In this document: positions 1 to 9,186 of the stretch, one piece after another
Layout of the letters: the number at the start of each line of letters is the position of its first letter
Numbering within the stretch: the stretch's first letter is position 1
NCBI GenBank assembly: GCA_045613965.1
Contig: JAZLBY010000065.1
Location: 1-58,279, forward strand
Direction of reading: 5' to 3'
Length of the DNA: 58,279 bases
Source of the DNA: Candidatus Scatovivens sp.
GTDB taxonomy: Bacteria; Bacillota; Clostridia; TANB77; CAG-508
Notes under the pieces: generated by a model
The model's input: only the letters and a program-made list of their open reading frames with translations
Database searches by the model: none
Told to the model about the DNA's origin: nothing
Program-made: the position numbers and the translations under genes

Positions 1-1319
1 CTTCAGGAGCTTACTGGAGAGGTGATGAAAAAAATAAAATGTTACAAAGAATTTATGGTATTTCATTCCCTAAAGCAAGTGAACTAGAAGAATACTTAAA
101 TATGCTTGAAGAAGCTAAAAAAAGAGATCATAGAAAATTAGGTAAAGAATTAGACTTATTCTTCTTTGATGAAACAGCTCCAGGTATGGCATATTGGATG
201 CCAAAAGGATTTAAAATGATGAACATTTTAATTGACCTTTGGAGAAAAGAACATGAAAAAAGAGGTTATCTAGAATTTTCTGGACCACAATTAAATAGTA
301 GTGAACTTTGGAAAACATCAGGACACTGGGATCACTATAAAGAAGATATGTTTGTTTTAACAGATTCAGATGGAAAAGAACAAGCATTAAAACCAATGAA
401 CTGTCCAAATGCTATTAAAATATTTGCTTCAAAATTAAGAAGTTATAAAGATTTACCATTAAGATTTAATGATATAGACGTTATTCATAGAAATGAAAAA
501 TCAGGACAATTAAATGGTCTATTTAGAGTTAGAATGTTCAGACAAGACGATGCTCATAACTTTATTACACAAGATCAAATTGGTTCTGAAATTAAAGATA
601 TTATTGAAATCGCTAAATACTTATATGGAATATTTGGATTAGATTTCGAATTAACATTATCTACAAGACCAGATGATTTCATGGGAGATATTGAACTTTG
701 GAATGAAGCTGAAGCTAATTTAAGATCAGTATTAGATGAATTATGTGGAGAAAATCAATATAGAATTAATGAAGGTGATGGAGCATTCTATGGTCCAAAA
801 ATCGATATTAAGATGAAAGATTGTTTAGGAAGAGAATGGCAAATGGGAACAGTACAAGTTGATTTCCAATTACCACTTAGATTTAATCTTTCATATATTG
901 ATTCAAATGGAGATAAAAAAGTTCCAATTCTTATCCATAGAGCATTATTTGGATCATTTGAAAGATTTATTGGAATTATTACAGAACATTTTGCTGGAGC
1001 ATTCCCAGTATGGCTTGCACCAGTTCAAGTAAAAGTTCTTCCAATATCTGATAACCAAAAAGCATATGCTGAAGAAGTAGTAGCAAGACTTGCTAAAGAA
1101 GGCTTAAGAGTTGAACTTGATGATAGACAAGAAAAAATTGGTTACAAAATTAGAGAAGCACAACTTTCTAAAGTACCATATATGTTAATACTTGGAGAAA
1201 AAGAAGTAGAAGCAGGTGCTGTTGGAGTTAGAGCAAGAAAAGAAGGAGATATTGGTGCTATGCCAATCGACAATTTTGTTGCTAAAATTAAAGAAGAAGT
1301 TGAAAACTTTGTAAGATAA
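1..1319 (+). CDS. thrS: threonine--tRNA ligase, C-terminal ~439 codons (5' end lies upstream of the window)
   Basis: The frame is open from the window edge (SGAYWRGDEKNKMLQRIYGISFP). It has a class II catalytic core (HRNEKSGQLNGLFRVRMFRQDDAH, GPKIDI) and a C-terminal anticodon-binding domain (WLAPVQVKVLPISD). The ATG at 39 in the ORF track is internal. Confidence 0.96.
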   Translation, partial: SGAYWRGDEKNKMLQRIYGISFPKASELEEYLNMLEEAKKRDHRKLGKELDLFFFDETAPGMAYWMPKGFKMMNILIDLWRKEHEKRGYLEFSGPQLNSSELWKTSGHWDHYKEDMFVLTDSDGKEQALKPMNCPNAIKIFASKLRSYKDLPLRFNDIDVIHRNEKSGQLNGLFRVRMFRQDDAHNFITQDQIGSEIKDIIEIAKYLYGIFGLDFELTLSTRPDDFMGDIELWNEAEANLRSVLDELCGENQYRINEGDGAFYGPKIDIKMKDCLGREWQMGTVQVDFQLPLRFNLSYIDSNGDKKVPILIHRALFGSFERFIGIITEHFAGAFPVWLAPVQVKVLPISDNQKAYAEEVVARLAKEGLRVELDDRQEKIGYKIREAQLSKVPYMLILGEKEVEAGAVGVRARKEGDIGAMPIDNFVAKIKEEVENFVR

Positions 1320-1326
1320 AATGAAG

Positions 1327-1358
1327 GAAGGTATAATTAATTTTATACCTTCTTTTTT
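1327..1358 (+). terminator. intrinsic terminator after thrS
   Basis: A 9-bp stem gaaggtata/tataccttc is followed by TTTTTT. Confidence 0.8.
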
Positions 1359-1425
1359 CTTGCTAAAAATAATTATTATGGATATAATTTATATGTACAT
1401 TAAGAAAAAAGAGAGGTACTAAATT

Positions 1426-2634
1426 ATGTTAAAATTTTTAGGAAAAGCATTTTTAATAATTGCGTTAATCGCAGCTACAGTATATGGATGGATCTATTTT
1501 ACAGTAAAAGCTGATGTAGAAGAAAACAAAAATAGAGAGAATATGATTGTAGATGAAACTGTAGAAGAAACAGAAAAAGAAGTAGAAGGTGAAGAAGAAA
1601 TAGATATTTCAAAAATTGAAGTTGTTGATAAAGAAGAAAAGTCAGATAAATTAAATGTAGTTCCAACTTTAGTTGATACATTAACAACAAACTCTGCATG
1701 GTGTGGTACAATGCAACTTATTTGGAATGATATGATTGATGAAGTAATAGGTACAAAACCTGTGTTTGAAGAATCACTTCCAATTGCTGAAAATTTAAAT
1801 AAACAAACATTTACAGCAAATGATTTATCAGAAAAATATTATTATAAAAAATACGGTATTAAAAATTTAGATTTAAAAGCTGAAATCGAAAAAGGAATTA
1901 AAGATAAATTTGGTGAAACAAGTGATGTTTTAGATAAAATAGATTGGTCATCAAATGCACTTGATCCAGAAACAGCAGGAGTAGATAGATATTTATTCTA
2001 TGCAATGCTAAAAAGAGAATTTGAATTCCCAATAGAATTTGATATTTTAGATAAAGGTAAATTTGGCGTGCAAGATAATGTTAATTATTTTGGAGTAGAA
2101 TCAAGTACAAATAAAAAAGTAGATAATCAATTAAATGTTTTATACTATGAAAATGAAGATGATTTTGCAATAGAGATAGAAACAAAAGATTCAGATAGAA
2201 TTGTTTTAGTAAGAAAAGATAAATTTGAAACTAATTTCAAAGACATTTATAATGTAGCAAAAGCAAGAGCAAATAGTTATGAAGGAAATAAAGTTTTTGA
2301 TGCAATTGATACATTTAAAATGCCTAATTTAGAATTTGATGTATTAAGAAATTATAATGAACTTGTTGGTAAATCATTTAAAACACCAGATGGCATGGGT
2401 GAAATAAATGCAGCAATGCAAACTATTAAATTAAAATTAGATAATAAAGGTGGAGAAATAAAAAGCGAAGCTGTAATGGATGTTACATTTACTTCTTCAA
2501 TTATTTTAGAACCTGAAAAGAAAGAACCTAGACACTTTAATTGTGATGAAGAATTCGTAATGTTCTTAGTAGAAGATGGTAAAGAAAATCCATATTTTGC
2601 AGTTAAAGTAGATGATATTACTTTATTTCAATAA
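1426..2634 (+). CDS. membrane-anchored serpin-like protein (N-terminal TM helix, acidic linker, serpin-fold-like domain)
   Basis: N-terminal hydrophobic helix FLIIALIAATVYGWIYF is followed by an E-rich linker. The C-terminal part resembles the serpin hinge/RCL and the s4B-s5B end (INAAMQTIKLKLDNKGGEIKSEAVMDV ... FNCDEEFVMFLVEDGKENPYFAVKV). This is by-eye recognition only. Confidence 0.45.
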   Translation: MLKFLGKAFLIIALIAATVYGWIYFTVKADVEENKNRENMIVDETVEETEKEVEGEEEIDISKIEVVDKEEKSDKLNVVPTLVDTLTTNSAWCGTMQLIWNDMIDEVIGTKPVFEESLPIAENLNKQTFTANDLSEKYYYKKYGIKNLDLKAEIEKGIKDKFGETSDVLDKIDWSSNALDPETAGVDRYLFYAMLKREFEFPIEFDILDKGKFGVQDNVNYFGVESSTNKKVDNQLNVLYYENEDDFAIEIETKDSDRIVLVRKDKFETNFKDIYNVAKARANSYEGNKVFDAIDTFKMPNLEFDVLRNYNELVGKSFKTPDGMGEINAAMQTIKLKLDNKGGEIKSEAVMDVTFTSSIILEPEKKEPRHFNCDEEFVMFLVEDGKENPYFAVKVDDITLFQ

Positions 2635-2648
2635 TAAATGAGGTATAT

Positions 2649-3326
2649 ATGAAAAAGAAATTATTTATAGTTTTTTTGATGTTAATATTATGTACTATAA
2701 TAGTTAATTTGTCTTATGATTTTTTTATGGATGATAACTTAGTTACTATTAGAGAAAAACTTACTTATAGAAAAATTTATGCTGAAAGAGAAATATTAGA
2801 AAATATAAATGGAGAAAAAGAACTTTCACATAATGATATAAAAATTACTTTAGAGAATAATTCTTATGATAAAGAAACAGGGAAATTAAAAGCTACATTC
2901 AAAATAGAAAACATGAAAAATCAAATATCAATGCTTACATCTATGATAAGAGTACATGATAATAGTAATGTGTTTTATAATTATAGAACTGAAGGAAATG
3001 AACAATATGTAGATGATATTGATTATTTTGTTTATAAATATAAAATGTATTCACAATTATCAACTAAAGGATATAAACTTGATAGATTAAATGATACAAA
3101 ACATTTTTACTTTTATAAACCACCATATGTAGTTTATGATGAGAATCAAAAAGATATTTATTCGAATTTATTTATGATTGATCTAGATCTAGATTTAGGT
3201 AAAGGTTATGAAATAGATGATTGTATCTATGTAGAGTTTTTAGATTTAATTCATCATTCTGGATATGCTTATCAAAAGAAAGCATTTGATTATTTAGGTG
3301 AATTTAAATTTAAATTAGATATTTAA
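2649..3326 (+). CDS. hypothetical membrane-anchored protein
   Basis: RBS gaggt lies upstream. N-terminal hydrophobic segment LFIVFLMLILCTIIVNL. No recognisable catalytic motif. Confidence 0.6.
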   Translation: MKKKLFIVFLMLILCTIIVNLSYDFFMDDNLVTIREKLTYRKIYAEREILENINGEKELSHNDIKITLENNSYDKETGKLKATFKIENMKNQISMLTSMIRVHDNSNVFYNYRTEGNEQYVDDIDYFVYKYKMYSQLSTKGYKLDRLNDTKHFYFYKPPYVVYDENQKDIYSNLFMIDLDLDLGKGYEIDDCIYVEFLDLIHHSGYAYQKKAFDYLGEFKFKLDI

Positions 3327-3335
3327 AAATAGAAA

Positions 3336-3364
3336 AGATAGAACAATTTGTTCTATCTTTTTTG
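3336..3364. terminator. bidirectional intrinsic terminator between convergent genes
   Basis: Stem agatagaac/gttctatct has an A-run upstream and a T-run downstream. It overlaps the stop of the minus-strand gene. Confidence 0.75.
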
Positions 3365-4084
3365 TTTTGTATAAGTAAAATCTGGATAATCATTCTTATC
3401 AAATTCTTTTAAATCTGTGACTGAATTAAAGTTATATTCATAAGTAGTTATTAAAAGTGGTGTTTCTAAGTCATTTGATGTATAACCTTCTGTTTTTATA
3501 ATTAAATTTGTCTCAATATCCATGTAGTAGATTGTTTTTTTGTATATTGAAGTAATGTTATCAATTGAGAATTTTAAACATTCTTTGTCGTCTATAGTAA
3601 CTTTTCCAAGATATCTGTAAGGGTTTTTGTTGATACCTTGATTTGCTGCATTTGATACTTGAGAAAAGACATCGCCAGCTCCAGATGTATATATTAACAT
3701 CATTTCTTCTTCAGCAGTAAAGTCAAAATCTAATTTATCATATTCAAGGATAGTTTTGGGATCATAGCAAAATTCTACAACACTAGTATCAGTTATAATG
3801 TTAAAATATTCATAACTTGGTCCGTTTTCTAATAATGAAATGCTTTTTTGATATTTATGAATTATATTATCTTTAAAATATATTTCACGAGTATAATCTG
3901 AAATATCATCGACTGAATTAATTTTTATATGTATATTATCTGGTATTTCTACTTGATTGAGTAATACAGCGATTTTATGCAAAGGGTATTTGGCTTGTAA
4001 ATATTCTTGGTATCCAAAATAAGAGATGAGAAGAATTATAGTGATTATAATTAAAGTTTTTATTATTTTTAAAAATGTTTTCAT
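3353..4084 (-). CDS. hypothetical membrane-anchored protein
   Basis: 243-aa ORF on the minus strand with N-terminal TM LIIITIILLISYFGY. One of only two minus-strand genes in the window. Confidence 0.6.
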   Translation of the reverse strand: MKTFLKIIKTLIIITIILLISYFGYQEYLQAKYPLHKIAVLLNQVEIPDNIHIKINSVDDISDYTREIYFKDNIIHKYQKSISLLENGPSYEYFNIITDTSVVEFCYDPKTILEYDKLDFDFTAEEEMMLIYTSGAGDVFSQVSNAANQGINKNPYRYLGKVTIDDKECLKFSIDNITSIYKKTIYYMDIETNLIIKTEGYTSNDLETPLLITTYEYNFNSVTDLKEFDKNDYPDFTYTKQKR

Positions 4085-4177
4085 ATGTATTCTCCTTGAA
4101 TAAGATGTTATTCATAAATAAATTTAACCACTAAAAAAGATTTTTGTAAATTAATTTTAAGAAATTTGAAAAAATAC

Positions 4178-4205
4178 TTGCAATAAATATTTTATGTGTT
4201 ATAAT
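4178..4205 (+). promoter_or_regulatory. sigma-A-type promoter with extended -10 (TTGCAA-16 nt-TGtTATAAT)
   Basis: -35 TTGCAA at 4178-4183. TG at 4197-4198. -10 TATAAT at 4200-4205. Confidence 0.6.
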
Positions 4206-4230
4206 CTTAAATACATTCAAAAAGGCAAGG

Positions 4231-4265
4231 GGCATCTATTGGGTAAAAAATAGATGTCTTTTTTA
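4231..4265 (+). terminator. intrinsic terminator-like hairpin about 25 nt downstream of the 4178 promoter
   Basis: Stem catctatt (4233-4240) pairs with aatagatg (4249-4256) and extends by G-C and G-U pairs. The loop is 8 nt and is followed by TTTTTT. Confidence 0.6.
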
Positions 4266-4277
4266 TATGATTTTTAG

Positions 4278-4330
4278 CAGACTTTTAGTTTTTGATAGAC
4301 CCTATAAAATTAAAAGTCTGTCGCTTTTTT
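4278..4330 (+). terminator. second hairpin plus U-tract in the helD leader (terminator or attenuator candidate)
   Basis: 10-bp stem cagactttta (4278-4287) / taaaagtctg (4311-4320), followed by tcgcTTTTTT. Confidence 0.45.
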
Positions 4331-4399
4331 GCGTGCATTTAATTACATTATATTTTCTAACTGGAAGTTTTTTTAAGTTGATTTTAGGGAGGTTAAAAA

Positions 4400-6625
4400 A
4401 TGGACGAAAAAGAATTTTTAAGAGAAAAAGAAAAGCTGAAGCAAGTTTGCCAAAAGCTTGATACTGAAGAAAAAGAGCTAGAAAATAATCTAGCAAAAAC
4501 TGATTCTAGTTACGAGAAAGACTCGTATGTAAGAGCTCACTTAGTGTACTTAGGACACAAAAAAATCATGGACTTAAGAAAGATTAAAACAAAGCCGTAT
4601 TTTGCAAGGATCGATTTTAAGGCAAATGGTGAAGAAAAAGAACAGCTTTATATTGGTAAACTATCAATTATTGATAGTAAAAGTCAAGAACCAATAATAA
4701 TAGACTGGAGAGCTCCAATCTCAAATCTTTATTACGATGGTCGCATCGGAAAATCTCATTACAAATCACCTGGCGGAAATGTTGAAGGTGAAATATCTTT
4801 AAAAAGGCAATACTTTATCGAAAACCAAATTCTGGAAAAATATTCTGATATTGATTTGAAAGCAAATGATGAACTACTTCAAGTAGCATTAGAAGAAAAA
4901 GCTGATGATAGGCTTAAAAATATTGTTGCTACAATACAAGGTGAGCAAAACAATATTATAAGAGCAGATATGAATAAAGCTTTAATAGTTCAAGGAGTTG
5001 CTGGTAGTGGTAAAACAACAATAGCGCTACATAGAATAGCTTACTTAATTTATAATTGGGATAAAGAATTTGATCCAGAGAATTTTATGATTATTGCTCC
5101 AAATAAATTCTTTTTAAATTATATATCTGGCGTACTTCCTGATTTAGGTGTTGAAAATGTAAAACAATATACATTTGAAGATTTAGCATATGAAATAATT
5201 GGTAAGAAACTTAAGATTTCAGATAGTAATGAAAAATTAGTTACTATAGTAAATAAAGAGTTTGATGATATCAATCATGGTGATGTTGATACAATAATTG
5301 CTGAATCAAAATTAAAATCATCTATTGAGTTTAAAAATGTAGTAGATGGATATTTAAAATGCCTAGAAGAGAATTATTTGCCTAAAGAAGATTTTATACT
5401 TGAAAATGTAAGAATAATGAGATATGACAATATCCAAAAGTTATTTTGTGATACATATAAAGATTTGGATTTTGAGAAAAGAATTAACGAAGTAAAGAAA
5501 CACATTTTTTCAAAAATAAAAAATAATAAAGATGTAATAGAGAAAACAATAATACAAAAAAGAACATTCAAAATAAATAAAATGCTTAAAGATGATAGTC
5601 TTTCAGAAGAAGAAAAAAGACAAAAGAGAATAGAAATATTCGAAGAGTCAGAAGATGTTTTAAAGAAACTTGATAAAGATAACATGAATATAGTAAACTT
5701 CTACTTTAATAAAATAAATAAGAAAGACTGTTTAGAACTATATAAAGATTTTATAAACAATTATGTATTTGATCATATAGACAGTGAAATAATTGGTAGT
5801 TATTTAGTAAGAAATACTATGAAAAATTTAAATAATGGAGAGATAACATTTGAAGATTTAGCACCAATTATATATATACATTATAAGGTGTTTGGAACTA
5901 AAGTTAAAACGGCTTTAAGACATGTTATAGTCGATGAGGCACAAGATTATGGAGAGTTCCAATTTAGTGTGTTAAAAACAATCCTGAAGAGTAATTCGAT
6001 GACAATACTTGGTGATATCGCACAAGGTGTTCATTCATATAGAGGAATAGAAAATTGGAAAAAATTTATGGATGTAGAATTTCCTGATGGAAATGTTTCT
6101 TATACTACTTTAGAGAAGACGTATAGAACAACGAAAGATATTATGAAAAAAGCAAATGAAGTAATTGATAAATTACCAGAATATGAAAAACAATATATCA
6201 TTAAAGGTGAACCAGTAGTAAATAGAGCTGATTCTATTTATATTGATAAAAAAGAATCTGAAGAAGAGATAATAAATTCAATACATTTAAAAATAAAAGA
6301 ATATCTAGATAAAGGATATAAATCAATAGCAATAATCGGAAAAGATATTGATGAATGTAAGTTTATTAAGAAAAAAATTGAAAAGTTAAATAAAGATGTT
6401 AAATTAATACAAAGCAAAGATTCAGAGTATAATGCTGGTATATCGATAGTGCCATCATATCTTGCTAAAGGTTTAGAATTTGACTGTGTAATGCTATTTA
6501 ATGTAAATGATGAAAAGTATAAAAATACAGTCTTAGATATTAAACTTTTATATGTTGCAATAACAAGAGCGATCAGTAAACTTGATGTATTTTATGTAGG
6601 AAATATATCAGAAATAATGAAATAA
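4400..6625 (+). CDS. helD: HelD-type UvrD-like helicase (RNA polymerase recycling ATPase)
   Basis: RBS gggagg upstream. N-terminal coiled-coil arm (EKEFLREKEKLKQVCQKLDTEEKELENNL), Walker A GVAGSGKTTIALHRIAYL, Walker B VIVDEAQDY, C-terminal UvrD_C-like GLEFDCVMLF..LYVAITRA. Confidence 0.85.
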   Translation: MDEKEFLREKEKLKQVCQKLDTEEKELENNLAKTDSSYEKDSYVRAHLVYLGHKKIMDLRKIKTKPYFARIDFKANGEEKEQLYIGKLSIIDSKSQEPIIIDWRAPISNLYYDGRIGKSHYKSPGGNVEGEISLKRQYFIENQILEKYSDIDLKANDELLQVALEEKADDRLKNIVATIQGEQNNIIRADMNKALIVQGVAGSGKTTIALHRIAYLIYNWDKEFDPENFMIIAPNKFFLNYISGVLPDLGVENVKQYTFEDLAYEIIGKKLKISDSNEKLVTIVNKEFDDINHGDVDTIIAESKLKSSIEFKNVVDGYLKCLEENYLPKEDFILENVRIMRYDNIQKLFCDTYKDLDFEKRINEVKKHIFSKIKNNKDVIEKTIIQKRTFKINKMLKDDSLSEEEKRQKRIEIFEESEDVLKKLDKDNMNIVNFYFNKINKKDCLELYKDFINNYVFDHIDSEIIGSYLVRNTMKNLNNGEITFEDLAPIIYIHYKVFGTKVKTALRHVIVDEAQDYGEFQFSVLKTILKSNSMTILGDIAQGVHSYRGIENWKKFMDVEFPDGNVSYTTLEKTYRTTKDIMKKANEVIDKLPEYEKQYIIKGEPVVNRADSIYIDKKESEEEIINSIHLKIKEYLDKGYKSIAIIGKDIDECKFIKKKIEKLNKDVKLIQSKDSEYNAGISIVPSYLAKGLEFDCVMLFNVNDEKYKNTVLDIKLLYVAITRAISKLDVFYVGNISEIMK

Positions 6626-6644
6626 AAATTAATAAAAAAGGAAG

Positions 6645-6678
6645 GTCGTTAAAGTAAATTTAACGACTTTACTTTTTT
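6645..6678 (+). terminator. intrinsic terminator after helD
   Basis: Stem gtcgttaaa/tttaacgac is followed by a T-rich tract. Confidence 0.75.
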
Positions 6679-6722
6679 GTAAAAAAATTGTAAAAAATGA
6701 TAAATAAAATGAGTTCAAGTAA

Positions 6723-6751
6723 TTGATAAAACGAAATTTCTGTGATATACT
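6723..6751 (+). promoter_or_regulatory. promoter of the 784-aa gene (TTGATA-17 nt-TATACT with TGn)
   Basis: -35 at 6723-6728. TG at 6743-6744. -10 at 6746-6751. Confidence 0.55.
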
Positions 6752-6784
6752 GTGCCTATATTATAAAGAAGAGGGGAAAGTAAG

Positions 6785-9139
6785 GTGGAGAATATTACAA
6801 AAGGCGAATTACAAAAGAAATTGCAATATTTGAATTTAGACTTAGAAAATGTTCCAAATGAAATAGTAGACTATCAACCACTTAATTTCAATGTATCTAG
6901 ATTGAATAACGATAAAGATCATAGAATTTTTCGCTTTGTACCAATCGACAAAATTGATATATTAATCTCACCATGTCTACGAACAGATTCATTAAAAGAT
7001 AAATATTCAAATGCATTGCCATTATTTAAGTACATATTTCCAGCTAAAAAAGAAGAAGATATCGAAAGATATACAATGTTTTTAAAAATGCTTGAAACAG
7101 TTACTGTTCCTGAAATAGAAAATGTAGCAAGTATTCAAAAAGAATTAGAGAAAAAAGAACCATTTAAAGTAGTATATCCAAAAGATAATATGTGGCAAAT
7201 ATATTATTCTGAAGCTACTAATAGATATTTTATGATTGTTTGCTCGAAAGAGAAAACTTTTGCTGAATTTTTCTATCTATTAAAAGCAAAAATTGACTAT
7301 CTTGAAAATGGTGGTAAAACAGTACCTAGAGTATATGTTCCAATTAATGCGATGAATTACTCTGAAGAGTATTTAAATAGAACAGAGATTGCTGATCTTG
7401 AAAATTACTTATGGCTATTTACAAAAAATTGGGCTATGTCTTTTGAAGTATATAATAAAACAAATTCATTATCACTTCAAATTACAGGTGAAACAATTGT
7501 ATATGATAATGTTAAAAGTAGTTATAAGATAAAACTTACAAATAGAGAAGAGGCGCTTAAATTTTATAAGCTTTTAAAAGCTTTATTTATCTTGCAAACA
7601 GAAATTAAAAATCGTTTTGAATTTACAACAAAAATCGATAGCAATAATAGTTTAGAATTATATATCGGAGAAACAAGATTAACATTTGAAATGTTAACTG
7701 ATTTTGTTAAAGAACAATTCAAAGTTGCTGAAGGCGAAATAAAAATTCAAAATGAAAAGATTAGAGAAATAGAAGAAGAACTTGCTAATATTAAGTTTGC
7801 AGTTAAAGCAAAAGAAGATGAGTATTTAATTAAGCAAAGAGAAATCTCAACTTACCTTGAATATAAGAAAACATTTATTGGTAAAATGAAATATTTCTTT
7901 AAATCAAATAAAATTAATAAAAAGATTGTATCAGATACTCAATCTGCAAGAAGAAAACGTCGTAGCGAAGAAGAAAATGAATTATTAGCTTCACAAGCAG
8001 TTAATACAGCACCACTTCAAACTACAATGAAAGATAAAAAATTCTATACAATTGAAGATTTAGTTACAGTTTTTGCATTACTTGAAAAAGGTGTAAGAAA
8101 TTATAAAAACTTAAATCAAGATTTAAAAGCTCAAAGATTAAAACTTGAGAATATTATATCTAAAGTTAAGAACGCAAATCTTTATATTGAAGAAATAGAT
8201 AAACACAAAAAGAGTATATTTGATTTCTGGAAGTTCTCTAATAAAGATGAGAAATTAAGCCTAGAAATGGGTGATGATTCAGACAGGGATGATAATAAAA
8301 AATCTTTAAAAAGAGCATTTGAACTTGAGACAGATATGGAAGACTTGGGAGCTAAAGTTGATACTCTTCAAAGAAAGAAATTATCTAGAGAAGAACTTGA
8401 TAGTGTTTACATAGCAAACACAGAAGTATTACCACTTCTTAATATGCTTAGAGTAAATGATCTAAATCAAAAAGCTTTAGAAGATTGTTTATTAAGATTA
8501 AAAGATGAATTCAATGAGAATAGACTTTTAATTGAAGAAGAAACATTTGATATATTTGGTAATGTATCTGATGATAGTACAAAATTAAAATATATCGGTA
8601 GCAGAGGACATAGAGAAAACAATAGAAGTAAATTTAAAATACTTAATGTTAATAAGAAAATTGATGTATTTGATTTTACTGAAAAATTACAAAGTATAAT
8701 TACATTTATTGAAGGAGCTATTCCTAAAGCTAAAGCAGAATATGATTTTTCACTTTATAAAGTATGTCAAATAACAGAAACAGTTAATGAAAATGCTTTT
8801 GAAGTTTATAATTTAGATGTAGAAAAAGCATTATCAGAATACAAAGATAATGGTGAAGGAGCTTTAAATTTAATTAAACTTAACTATAAAGAAGAATTAC
8901 CACTATTATATTATTCAAATATTATGTTTTATGATAACTCAAATCAAACATTACCAATCGGTATGGATGAATCTACTAGCGTATTAATTGATGCTAAGAG
9001 ATTAGAATTTAATTTAGTATCTAAAACAAAATTCAGAACAAATAACTATTTTACAGAAAGTAATAATTTAATACTTCCTAAAACAAAAGATGTATTTGTT
9101 TATGAATATGATGTTGATGTTAAGACAATAGAAAATTAA
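6785..9139 (+). CDS. large cytoplasmic protein of unknown function with a central coiled-coil region
   Basis: GTG start 8 nt after RBS gaggggaaag. 784 aa with no signal peptide, no TM and no Walker A seen. The central ~250 residues are K/E-rich and heptad-like (EGEIKIQNEKIREIEEELANIKFAVKAKEDEYLIKQRE), with a basic patch SARRKRRSEEE. Confidence 0.75.
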   Translation: MENITKGELQKKLQYLNLDLENVPNEIVDYQPLNFNVSRLNNDKDHRIFRFVPIDKIDILISPCLRTDSLKDKYSNALPLFKYIFPAKKEEDIERYTMFLKMLETVTVPEIENVASIQKELEKKEPFKVVYPKDNMWQIYYSEATNRYFMIVCSKEKTFAEFFYLLKAKIDYLENGGKTVPRVYVPINAMNYSEEYLNRTEIADLENYLWLFTKNWAMSFEVYNKTNSLSLQITGETIVYDNVKSSYKIKLTNREEALKFYKLLKALFILQTEIKNRFEFTTKIDSNNSLELYIGETRLTFEMLTDFVKEQFKVAEGEIKIQNEKIREIEEELANIKFAVKAKEDEYLIKQREISTYLEYKKTFIGKMKYFFKSNKINKKIVSDTQSARRKRRSEEENELLASQAVNTAPLQTTMKDKKFYTIEDLVTVFALLEKGVRNYKNLNQDLKAQRLKLENIISKVKNANLYIEEIDKHKKSIFDFWKFSNKDEKLSLEMGDDSDRDDNKKSLKRAFELETDMEDLGAKVDTLQRKKLSREELDSVYIANTEVLPLLNMLRVNDLNQKALEDCLLRLKDEFNENRLLIEEETFDIFGNVSDDSTKLKYIGSRGHRENNRSKFKILNVNKKIDVFDFTEKLQSIITFIEGAIPKAKAEYDFSLYKVCQITETVNENAFEVYNLDVEKALSEYKDNGEGALNLIKLNYKEELPLLYYSNIMFYDNSNQTLPIGMDESTSVLIDAKRLEFNLVSKTKFRTNNYFTESNNLILPKTKDVFVYEYDVDVKTIEN

Positions 9140-9186
9140 GTTATAGGACTTTAAAACCTAAATTTTTATACAAGGGATGAAGGATT

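Noticed and set aside
4267-4496. ORFs 4267-4461 (+) and 4302-4496 (-) in the helD upstream region.
   Set aside because: Neither has a Shine-Dalgarno sequence. Both run across the terminator-like hairpins and into the helD start, and their K/R/F-rich translations are typical of AT-rich non-coding sequence.
4400-6625. The UvrD-like helicase as part of a phage-defence system (for example Gabija GajB-like or Hachiman-like).
   Set aside because: The N-terminal coiled-coil arm and overall layout fit housekeeping HelD. There is no OLD-family ATPase/nuclease or other defence partner next to it, and the neighbours are separated by terminators.
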